DNA of 13,238 bases from a virus (taxonomy: Duplodnaviria; Heunggongvirae; Uroviricota; Caudoviricetes): the IMG/VR virus record IMGVR_UViG_2526164633_000018, positions 1 to 13,238 of that record; one strand, 5' to 3'. Positions 6,491 to 12,986 of this stretch are shown in pieces; the stretch's first letter is position 1; every line of letters begins with the position of its first letter. The position numbers and the translations under genes were made by a program. Under the pieces are notes generated by a model. It did no database searches. It had not been told where the DNA came from and worked only from the letters and a program-made list of their open reading frames with translations.

Positions 6491-6531
6491 ATTCATTCCG
6501 TATGGGAATTCCCATATCGGGTAAAAACGGT

Positions 6532-6559
6532 TTGCGGTAAAGCGAGAGTTAAGTAGAAT
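6532..6559 (+). promoter_or_regulatory. Putative sigma70 promoter of the hok mRNA
   Basis: -35 TTGCGG (6532-6537), 16-bp spacer, -10 TAGAAT (6554-6559). The predicted 5' leader begins …gcttgaggctatctgcctcagg, which resembles the conserved hok mRNA 5' element as I recall it. Confidence 0.45.
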
Positions 6560-6619
6560 TGCTGCGGGTGCTTGAGGCTATCTGCCTCAGGCATGAACAC
6601 CAAAAGGCAGATAGAGAAA

Positions 6620-6690
6620 AGCCCCAGTTAACATTACGCGTCCTGCAAGACGCTTAACATTAATCTGAGGCCCAATCTATGTCTCACAAA
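6620..6690 (-). ncRNA. sok: Putative Sok-like antisense RNA; boundaries approximate
   Basis: On the minus strand there is a promoter-like -35 TTGCCT (complement of 6717-6722), 17-bp spacer and -10 TAACCT (complement of 6694-6699). The transcript would be antisense to the upstream ATG at 6679 and its SD. Inferred from hok/sok locus organisation; ends not determined. Confidence 0.3.
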
Positions 6691-6735
6691 TGTAGGTTAG
6701 CCTCTTACGTGCCGAAAGGCAAGGAGAAGCAGGCT

Positions 6736-6891
6736 ATGAAGCAGCAAAAGGCGATGTTAATCGCCCTGATCGTCATCTGTTTAACCGTCATAGTGACGGC
6801 ACTGGTAACGAGGAAAGACCTCTGCGAGGTACGAATCCGAACCGGCCAGACGGAGGTCGCTGTCTTCACAGCTTACGAACCTGAGGAGTAA
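6736..6891 (+). CDS. hokD: Hok/Gef-family type I toxin (51 aa), HokD/RelF-like
   Basis: Translation MKQQKAMLIALIVICLTVIVTALVTRKDLCEVRIRTGQTEVAVFTAYEPEE matches the Hok family (TM helix plus the conserved periplasmic tail) and, from memory, HokD/RelF specifically. SD aaggagaag lies upstream. The six-frame ORF opens at an upstream in-frame ATG (6679). Confidence 0.85.
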   Translation: MKQQKAMLIALIVICLTVIVTALVTRKDLCEVRIRTGQTEVAVFTAYEPEE

Positions 6892-6958
6892 GAGACCAGG
6901 CGGGGGAGAATCCCTCGCCACCTCTGATGTGTCAGGCATCCTCAACGCACCCGCACTT

Positions 6959-6985
6959 AACCCGCTTCGGCGGGTTTTGTTTTTT
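6959..6985 (+). terminator. Rho-independent terminator ending the hok transcript
   Basis: Stem aacccgc / gcgggtt with loop ttcg, followed by ttttgtttttt. Confidence 0.6.
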
Positions 6986-7057
6986 CCTAGCATTCTGGTT
7001 TACAATTCGCACGCCAGCCTGAACAACTGGCACCTGCTGCGCCAGCAGAGACAACCG

Positions 7058-7336
7058 ATGGCGCACGATACCAAATTACACAATTCTGATGATTCTGCCG
7101 TCTTTGCCAGCAGGCACGGGCGGCGTTCCCGCACTTTCAAATCTGACTGGTTCCAGCATCCCCCATGCACTGAAGAACAGGCCGAGTGGCTAATTCAGTG
7201 CTACCGCAGACACGGATACGAGATTAAGAAAGCCCTCAGCCTCGATTATCGTCACTGGATAATCTCCGTCAGGCTTCCTTACTCCGAGCGCCCACCGCGT
7301 CCGTCCCGCACATTCCAGCAACGCATCTGGAGGTAA
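7058..7336 (+). CDS. Hypothetical protein (92 aa); by position possibly equivalent to the Qin-prophage rem gene
   Basis: ATG 7058 lies inside a longer six-frame ORF (6929-7336) whose upstream part overlaps the hok terminator. It sits between hok and the DUF968 gene, as rem sits between hokD and ydfU in Qin. The rem assignment is from synteny only. Confidence 0.45.
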   Translation: MAHDTKLHNSDDSAVFASRHGRRSRTFKSDWFQHPPCTEEQAEWLIQCYRRHGYEIKKALSLDYRHWIISVRLPYSERPPRPSRTFQQRIWR

Positions 7337-7337
7337 C

Positions 7338-8387
7338 GTGCGGGTATTACTTCGACCTGTTCTGGTACCGGAACTCGGGCTGGTGATCGTTAAGCCGGGC
7401 CGTGAATCCATGCCGGTATTCCACAATACCCGGGTACTGGTGGAGCCGGAACCGAAAAGCATGCGTAATCTGCCGTCCGGGGTTGTTCCTGCCGTTCACC
7501 AGCCGCTAGTGGAAGACAAAACATTGCTGCCGTTTTTCAGTAACGCACGGGTGATTCGTGCTGCTGGTGGTGCTGGTGCATTGTCTGACTGGCTGTTGCG
7601 CCATATTAAATCCTGCCAGTGGCCACACGGCGATTATCATCACAGCGAAACCGTCATTCACCGTTATGGTACCGGCGCAATGGTGTTGTGCTGGCACTGC
7701 GACAACCAGCTGCGTGACCAGACATCCGAATCACTCGGGCAACTTGCTCACCAAAATTTGTCAGCATGGATGATTGACGTCATACGCCATGCAATGAATG
7801 GCACGCAGGAGCGGGAATTATCTCTGGGTGAATTATCCTGGTGGGCGGTCTGCAATCAGGTGGCGGACGCGCTTCCGGAGGCAGTATTACGTCGTTCTCT
7901 GGGGTTACGTGCGGAAAAAATCCGCCCCTTGTACCGCGAAAGCGACATCGTACCGGGAGAGCAGACCGCCATCAGCATACTGAAACAGCGCACAAAAAAT
8001 CTTGCGCCGCTGCCTCACGCCCACCAGCAACAGAACCCACCACAGGAAAAGACGGTGGTCAGCATTGCCGTTGATCCTGAGCCTCCGGAATCTTTCATGA
8101 AACGACCTAAACGTCGCCGCTGGGTTAACGAGAAATACACACGCTGGGTGAAGACTCAGCCGTGTGCGTGTTGTGGTAAGCCAGCCGACGATCCCCATCA
8201 CCTGATTGGTCATGGTCAGGGCGGAATGGGGACAAAATCTCACGATATTTTCACGCTACCGCTGTGTCGGGAGCATCACAACGAGCTTCATGCGGATCCG
8301 CTGGCGTTCGAAGAAAAGCATGGCTCTCAGGTTGATTTAATTTTTCGTTTTCTTGATCACGCCTTTGCAACTGGCGTGCTTGGGTAA
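7338..8387 (+). CDS. DUF968-type phage protein (YdfU-like, 349 aa) with a C-terminal HNH-like Cys/His motif
   Basis: GTG 7338 follows SD GGAGG (7330-7334). C-terminus …WVKTQPCACCGKPADDPHHLIGHGQGGMGTKSHDIFTLPLCREHHNELH has HNH-type spacing of Cys/His ligands. Position between hok and rusA/Q matches Qin-like synteny. Confidence 0.7.
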   Translation: MRVLLRPVLVPELGLVIVKPGRESMPVFHNTRVLVEPEPKSMRNLPSGVVPAVHQPLVEDKTLLPFFSNARVIRAAGGAGALSDWLLRHIKSCQWPHGDYHHSETVIHRYGTGAMVLCWHCDNQLRDQTSESLGQLAHQNLSAWMIDVIRHAMNGTQERELSLGELSWWAVCNQVADALPEAVLRRSLGLRAEKIRPLYRESDIVPGEQTAISILKQRTKNLAPLPHAHQQQNPPQEKTVVSIAVDPEPPESFMKRPKRRRWVNEKYTRWVKTQPCACCGKPADDPHHLIGHGQGGMGTKSHDIFTLPLCREHHNELHADPLAFEEKHGSQVDLIFRFLDHAFATGVLG

Positions 8388-8399
8388 AAGAGGTGACTG

Positions 8400-8774
8400 A
8401 TGCTCATAGATTTGGTTTTACCTTACCCGCCAACGGTGAACACCTACTGGCGACGTCGTGGCAGCACATATTTTATCTCGGAGGAGGGAAAGCGTTATCG
8501 CCGGGCTGTGGCGCTTATTGTTCGCCAGCAGCGGCTGAAATTAATCCTGTCCGGAAGGCTGGCGATAAAGGTGATTGCAGAGCCACCGGATAAGCGTCGT
8601 CGCGACCTGGACAATATCCTGAAAGCACCGCTGGATGCGCTGACGCATGCGGGAGTGTTAATGGACGATGAGCAGTTTGATGAAATCAATATCGTTCGTG
8701 GTCAGCCAGTATCTGGTGGACGTCTGGGGGTGAAGATTTACCCCATAATGCTTGAAGGGCAGGTCAAAAAATGA
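8400..8774 (+). CDS. rusA: RusA-family Holliday-junction resolvase (124 aa)
   Basis: ATG 8400 follows SD agaggtg. Motif PDKRRRDLDNILKAPLDALTHAGVLMDDEQ matches the RusA catalytic region (recalled E. coli RusA …PDRRRRDLDNLQKA…). Stop overlaps the next gene start (ATGA at 8771-8774). Confidence 0.85.
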   Translation: MLIDLVLPYPPTVNTYWRRRGSTYFISEEGKRYRRAVALIVRQQRLKLILSGRLAIKVIAEPPDKRRRDLDNILKAPLDALTHAGVLMDDEQFDEINIVRGQPVSGGRLGVKIYPIMLEGQVKK

Positions 8775-9592
8775 AACTGGAAGATTTACCGAAATACTAC
8801 TCCCCAAAATCCCTCGGCCTGACTGATGCATCGGCCTCAACGTCGAAAGATACGCTGAGTATCACTGATGTGATGGCCGCGCAGGGCATGACACAGAATT
8901 GGGCTGAGATGGGGTTTTCTGCGTTCCTTGGGAAAATGGGCATTAGTATGAATGACAGAGAGCGGGCAACAGAATTGCTGACAGAATATGCACTCAGTCG
9001 GTGTGATCGCGTGGCGGCGTTAAGAAAACTCCCGGCAGAAATAAAACCGGCAGTGATGCGTATTATGGCTTCGTATGCGTTTGAAGATTATGCCCGTAGC
9101 GCGGCGAGCAAAAAACAGTGCCCCTGTTGTCACGGAAAAAAATTTATTGAAAGCGAGGTTTTTACAAACAAGATCCAGTATCCGGATGGTAAGCCGCCAG
9201 TGTGGGCAAAGTGCACAAAAGGAGTGTATCCGTCTTACTGGGAGGAATGGAAAAAAGTCAGGGAGGTGGTAAAAGTTGCCTGTCCGGAGTGTGGAGGGAA
9301 GGGAGAGGTATCCACTGCCTGTAAAGATTGTCGTGGGCGCGGTGTTGCCATTCATCGTGAAGAGTCGGTAAAACGTGGTATGCCTGTTATCAGAGACTGC
9401 CAGCGTTGTGGTGGTCGTGGCTATGAAAGATTACCTTCAACGGAGGCATTTAATGCCATATGTAATGTAACCGATGCCATATCTCTTGATACATGGAAAA
9501 AAACAGTTAAACGTTTTTACGATACGCTGGTGGTGCAGTTTGATATTGAAGAAGCATGGGCAGAACAACAACTGAAAAAGGTGACCAGATAG
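8771..9592 (+). CDS. Lambda-type late antiterminator Q (273 aa), longer than lambda Q
   Basis: Collinear with lambda Q as I recall it: SPKS…TDVMAA.GM…YA(F/Y)(E/A)DY.RSAA…Cys-rich zinc motifs…(F/L)YD.LVVQ…VTR at the C-terminus. It is followed immediately by a lambda PR'-like sequence. Confidence 0.85.
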   Translation: MKLEDLPKYYSPKSLGLTDASASTSKDTLSITDVMAAQGMTQNWAEMGFSAFLGKMGISMNDRERATELLTEYALSRCDRVAALRKLPAEIKPAVMRIMASYAFEDYARSAASKKQCPCCHGKKFIESEVFTNKIQYPDGKPPVWAKCTKGVYPSYWEEWKKVREVVKVACPECGGKGEVSTACKDCRGRGVAIHREESVKRGMPVIRDCQRCGGRGYERLPSTEAFNAICNVTDAISLDTWKKTVKRFYDTLVVQFDIEEAWAEQQLKKVTR

Positions 9593-9597
9593 CTTTG

Positions 9598-9633
9598 TTG
9601 ATTTTTCCCGAATCTGTGGTAAATTTGCCCTAA
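9598..9633 (+). promoter_or_regulatory. Late promoter PR' with probable qut / pause-inducing region
   Basis: -35 TTGATT (9598-9603), 16-bp spacer, -10 TAAATT (9620-9625). The segment ggtaaatttgccctaacgatggg closely resembles lambda PR' (ggtaaatttgactcaacgatggg, from memory). Predicted start is about 9632-9633. Confidence 0.6.
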
Positions 9634-9673
9634 CGATGGGCGTTTTATGCCTGACGTTAGAAGATTTTTTACA

Positions 9674-9696
9674 CCCGTCGCCAGGCGGGTTTTTTT
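9674..9696 (+). terminator. tR'-like rho-independent terminator downstream of PR'
   Basis: GC-rich hairpin cccgt / gcggg with a 6-nt loop, followed by T7 (9690-9696). Sits about 60 nt downstream of the predicted PR' start. Confidence 0.5.
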
Positions 9697-9741
9697 ATGA
9701 CTGAAATCACGCCAGTACAGTAAACGCGCTGGTGGTTGTGA

Positions 9742-10192
9742 ATACCGGTCTTTCAGCTTGCTGGCTTTTTCGACAAGAGTTATTGGTGTGTCACGTTAAC
9801 CGGAAAAAGGAAAGTTTGAGAAACGCGATCTGGCACAGGCGGTTATTAATGCTGCCTACCTGGTGGCCTGTGCAGATGGTGAATGTGAGGCTTCCTAGAA
9901 AGCGAAGATCGAACAGGTACTGCGTAATCAGCCTGCGCTGTCCGCGTTTACGTCAGAAATTAATGCGATTAGCGCAACCATTATCGGTCAGCTGGATACG
10001 AACTTTAAAACTGGTCGTCGTGCGGCGTTACGTGAGATCGAGGATGTGAAACACGATACGCGTGAAGCGGAAGATGTGCTGGATGTGGCGGTGGCCATTG
10101 CGGAGGCAGACGGCGAAATTGAGCCGGAAGAGCGCAAGGTGCTGGAAGAGATTGCCGGTGTTCTGGGTCTTCGTCTGGAGAATCACCTGTGA
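9742..10192 (+). pseudogene. Decayed TerB-like (tellurite-resistance TerB / DjlA-N-type) gene with an in-frame amber stop, a frameshift and no start codon
   Basis: Frame 2 reads …DLAQAVINAAYLVACADGECEAS*KAKIEQVL…AVAIAEADGEIEPEERKVLEEIAGVLGLRLENHL, showing two ADG-E…E repeats typical of TerB domains. A TAG at 9896-9898 falls where the second repeat has Glu. Upstream the frame closes at TAA 9797-9799 with no start, and the N-terminal-like segment GFFDKSYW… is in frame 1. Confidence 0.45.
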
Positions 10193-10320
10193 CGGTAAAA
10201 CTGCGCCTGGCTGTGGCTGCACTCCTGCTGTTTCTGGTGGTGATGGTGGATTTCACCAGCAGAATCATGTCGGTGCTGGCGGATGGGGTGCTGGTCTGCG
10301 GCATTGTGGTATTGCTGTAG
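10189..10320 (+). CDS. Possible small membrane protein (43 aa)
   Basis: GTG 10189 overlaps the TerB-like stop (GTGA) and follows SD ggaga (10176-10180). Peptide VTVKLRLAVAALLLFLVVMVDFTSRIMSVLADGVLVCGIVVLL is hydrophobic throughout. Not listed as its own ORF in the six-frame track; expression is uncertain given the upstream pseudogene. Confidence 0.3.
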   Translation: MTVKLRLAVAALLLFLVVMVDFTSRIMSVLADGVLVCGIVVLL

Positions 10321-10516
10321 CCGGTGATAAAAAGAAACAGCCTGCATAATGCTTGATTTTTTTATTTGCTGTTTATTAAAAATACTACTGCATGGTGAAT
10401 CCCCCTGTGCGGAGGGGCAATCAGCAAGTAGGTATATGTGATAATCGCGGATTCAGGTGCTGATACTGAATTCACCGGGAGGCACCCGGCACCATGCAAG
10501 AAAAAGAATGTGCATG

Positions 10517-10548
10517 CAAAAATGCCCCTCTCCGGAGGGGCATTTTTT
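10517..10548 (+). terminator. Strong rho-independent terminator, potentially bidirectional
   Basis: A-tract caaaaat, then 7-bp stem gcccctc / gaggggc with loop tccg, then atttttt. A second hairpin (gcccgaa-tggg-ttcgggc, 10562-10579) preceded by taaaaaa follows and is oriented for the minus strand. Confidence 0.6.
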
Positions 10549-10762
10549 ATGGGTAAAAAATGCCCGAATGGGTTCGGGCAATAGCATGAGATACTGATAT
10601 TGTTGTGTTGTTATCGTGTGGATTTTAACCAGGGTTTATCAGGCTGCGCAACTGCGTGGCCTTCTTCATTTCTTGGGCTGTAGTCCCCGTGTGTCATTCA
10701 GGCTTCCGGACTACAGCCCACTCCATATCTGATTTAATACACTATCCCGGCCGGGAGGAATA

Positions 10763-12616
10763 ATGACATTTAAACATTATGATGTTGTCAGGGCGGCGTC
10801 GCCGTCAGACCTTGCGGAAAAGCTGACACACAAACTGAAAGAGGGCTGGCAGCCGTTTGGTAGTCCGGTGGCCATAACCCCTTATACCCTGATGCAGGCG
10901 ATTACAGCAGAAGGTGATGTGGTGGTCAGTGGTGCAACTGAGCCGGATTGGTACTACGTCATCGTACTGGCCGGGCAGTCCAATGCCATGGCTTACGGTG
11001 AAGGGCTTCCGCTGCCGGATTCATACGATGCTCCGGATCCGCGCATTAAACAGCTGGCGCGCCGCAGTACAGTGACGCCGGGTGGGGCTGCCTGCAGATA
11101 TAACGATATTATTCCGGCCGACCACTGCCTGCATGATGTGCAGGATATGAGTACGCTGAATCATCCGAAGGCAGACCTGAGCAAAGGGCAGTACGGCTGT
11201 GTCGGCCAGGGCTTACATATTGCCAAAAAACTGCTTCCGTATATCCCGAATAACGCGGGGATCCTGCTGGCACCATGCTGTCGTGGTGGTTCGGCATTCA
11301 CCCAGGGCGCGGAGGGGACATTCAGTGCGGACACGGGGGCCAGCCAGGATTCGGCACGCTGGGGTGTGGGTAAACCGTTATATCAGGACCTGATTGCGCG
11401 CACTAAAGCTGCATTACAGAAGAACCCGAAAAATGTGTTGCTGGCGGTGTGCTGGATGCAGGGAGAGTTTGACATGAGCGCCGCCACCTACGCACAGCAA
11501 CCTGCGCTGTTTACAGCCATGCTGAAGCAGTTTCGTGCTGACCTCACTGTGTTTAACGCGCAGTGTCATGGTGGCAGTGCTGCAGATGTGCCGTGGATTT
11601 GTGGTGACACGACGTATTACTGGAAAAATACATACGCTACCCAGTACGACACCGTGTACGGCGGGTATAAAAACAGGGAGAGTGAGGGCGTTTATTTTGT
11701 GCCCTTCATGACAGACGGTAACGGCGTCAATACCGCCACTAACGCGCCGGCAGAAGATCCGGATATTCCGGCATCAGGATATTACGGTGCGGCATCGAGA
11801 ACGAATGGAAACCAGGTATCATCAAACCGCCCGACACATTTCAGTTCATGGGCGCGCAGGAGCATTATTCCGGATCGTCTGGCAACCGCTATTCTGAACG
11901 CAGCCGGGCGCACCTCAGCCTTCATCAGTGGTAAGGCACCGGAAATCAAACCCTCGCCCGGCGGCAACACGCCATCGGGTCCGTCTGCAGATACGTCCGT
12001 TCGCACAATCTCCCTGCTGCCGGCAGCCGGAGAGGCTGCTGCGCAGGGCTGGAGCATTAAGGATGGCGGAATTCAGTTGTCAGATGGTGTATTTAAGATC
12101 ACCAAGCAGAGCAATAAAACCTGGTCCCTGACGCATCCGGTGGATGACGCAATTACCCTGCTGACACAGGGCGGCAGACTGACCTGTAAGTTCCGCCTGT
12201 CAGGCGCACTGACCAACAATCAGTTCGGGCTGGGGATTTATCTGTATACGGATGCTCCCGTTCCTGATGGTGTGGCGATGACGGGTACCGGTAATCCGTT
12301 CCTGATGTCGTACTTCACTCAGACCACTGACGGCAGAGTGAATCTGATGCATCACAGGAAAGCCGGAAACACGAAGCTGGGGGAGTTCGGCGATTACGGT
12401 AACGACTGGCAGACGCTGGAGCTGGTGTTCACCGCCGGCAGTGCCACGGTTACTCCGAAACTGAATGGAGTGGCTGGCCCGGCATTCCAGGTTATAAAAG
12501 ACGGTCTGACACTGGGACTGAATGCGCTGACGCTGACGGATGTTACAAAAAATGCAGCGTATGGCGTTGAGATAGAAAGTCTGGTGCTGGAGATAAATGC
12601 ACCGGCATCATCATAA
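10763..12616 (+). CDS. Prophage sialate O-acetylesterase, NanS-p-like (617 aa): N-terminal DUF1737-like region, SGNH/SASA esterase domain, C-terminal extension
   Basis: ATG 10763 follows SD gggagg. N-terminus MTFKHYDVV…; esterase motif YVIVLAGQSNAMAYGEG (the GQSN block of sialate esterases). Size and position (after Q, before the holin) match nanS-p genes of Stx-type lambdoid phages. Confidence 0.8.
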   Translation: MTFKHYDVVRAASPSDLAEKLTHKLKEGWQPFGSPVAITPYTLMQAITAEGDVVVSGATEPDWYYVIVLAGQSNAMAYGEGLPLPDSYDAPDPRIKQLARRSTVTPGGAACRYNDIIPADHCLHDVQDMSTLNHPKADLSKGQYGCVGQGLHIAKKLLPYIPNNAGILLAPCCRGGSAFTQGAEGTFSADTGASQDSARWGVGKPLYQDLIARTKAALQKNPKNVLLAVCWMQGEFDMSAATYAQQPALFTAMLKQFRADLTVFNAQCHGGSAADVPWICGDTTYYWKNTYATQYDTVYGGYKNRESEGVYFVPFMTDGNGVNTATNAPAEDPDIPASGYYGAASRTNGNQVSSNRPTHFSSWARRSIIPDRLATAILNAAGRTSAFISGKAPEIKPSPGGNTPSGPSADTSVRTISLLPAAGEAAAQGWSIKDGGIQLSDGVFKITKQSNKTWSLTHPVDDAITLLTQGGRLTCKFRLSGALTNNQFGLGIYLYTDAPVPDGVAMTGTGNPFLMSYFTQTTDGRVNLMHHRKAGNTKLGEFGDYGNDWQTLELVFTAGSATVTPKLNGVAGPAFQVIKDGLTLGLNALTLTDVTKNAAYGVEIESLVLEINAPASS

Positions 12617-12701
12617 AAAGTGAGCCAGTCAAATGGAAGGTATCGTTAAACTCACCGGTAGTGTCAGTGGGTCGTCTGAGATGCCTGCATGAGTTATCAG
12701 A

Positions 12702-12731
12702 GCCATCAGTACTTAACTGGTGGCTTTTTTT
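12702..12731 (+). terminator. Rho-independent terminator after the esterase gene
   Basis: Stem ccatcag / ctggtgg (one G-U pair) with loop tacttaa, followed by T7 (12725-12731). Confidence 0.5.
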
Positions 12732-12766
12732 ATTGTTGTCAGCTTCCGGATAACGGGAGACGGGGT

Positions 12767-12982
12767 ATGTACCAGATGGAAAAAATCACAACAGGTGTGT
12801 CATACACCACGTCAGCGGTGGGAACGGGCTACTGGTTCCTGCAGTTGCTGGACAGGGTTTCCCCGTCTCAGTGGGCGGCAATAGGCGTGCTGGGGAGTCT
12901 GCTGTTTGGGCTGCTGACATATCTGACTAACCTGTATTTCAAAATCAGAGAGGACCGTCGTAAGGCTGCACGGGGAGAGTAA
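12767..12982 (+). CDS. Class I holin (lambdoid S-type, 71 aa) with a dual-start motif
   Basis: ATG 12767 follows SD gggaga. MYQMEK has Met1 and Met4, the holin/antiholin dual-start pattern. Hydrophobic segments [18 protein letters not shown] and a charged C-terminus [13 protein letters not shown]. The six-frame ORF opens upstream at 12689. Confidence 0.85.
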   Translation: MYQMEKITTGVSYTTSAVGTGYWFLQLLDRVSPSQWAAIGVLGSLLFGLLTYLTNLYFKIREDRRKAARGE

Positions 12983-12986
12983 TTCA

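Noticed and set aside
7506-8243. ORFs 7506-7697 (-), 7558-7773 (+), 7798-7983 (+), 7841-8074 (+) and 7905-8243 (-) inside the DUF968 gene
   Set aside because: All are embedded in the 349-aa ORF that carries a conserved C-terminal domain; their translations are compositionally biased alternate-frame products.
9020-9355. Minus-strand ORF 9020-9355 and plus-strand ORF 9075-9272 within the Q gene
   Set aside because: Overlap a gene with clear end-to-end similarity to lambda Q; alternate-frame artefacts.
9732-10349. ORFs 9732-10049 (+), 10062-10349 (+) and 10005-10304 (-) from the six-frame track
   Set aside because: The TerB-like frame (frame 2) gives a coherent two-repeat protein pattern, whereas these frames give W/R/C-rich low-complexity products. 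They are alternate-frame readings of the decayed TerB-like gene and downstream DNA.
9593-10762. Search for tRNA genes and stxA/stxB between Q and the esterase
   Set aside because: No cloverleaf-compatible ~76-nt segment was found; the stem-loops at 10390-10580 do not fit tRNA arm geometry. No ORF resembles a Shiga-toxin A subunit or a ~70-aa secreted B subunit. The slot holds the TerB-like remnant instead.
11109-12131. ORFs 11109-11297 (-), 11199-11393 (+), 11782-12057 (-) and 11928-12131 (+) inside the esterase gene
   Set aside because: Embedded in a 617-aa ORF with a recognisable esterase motif; no independent start signals.
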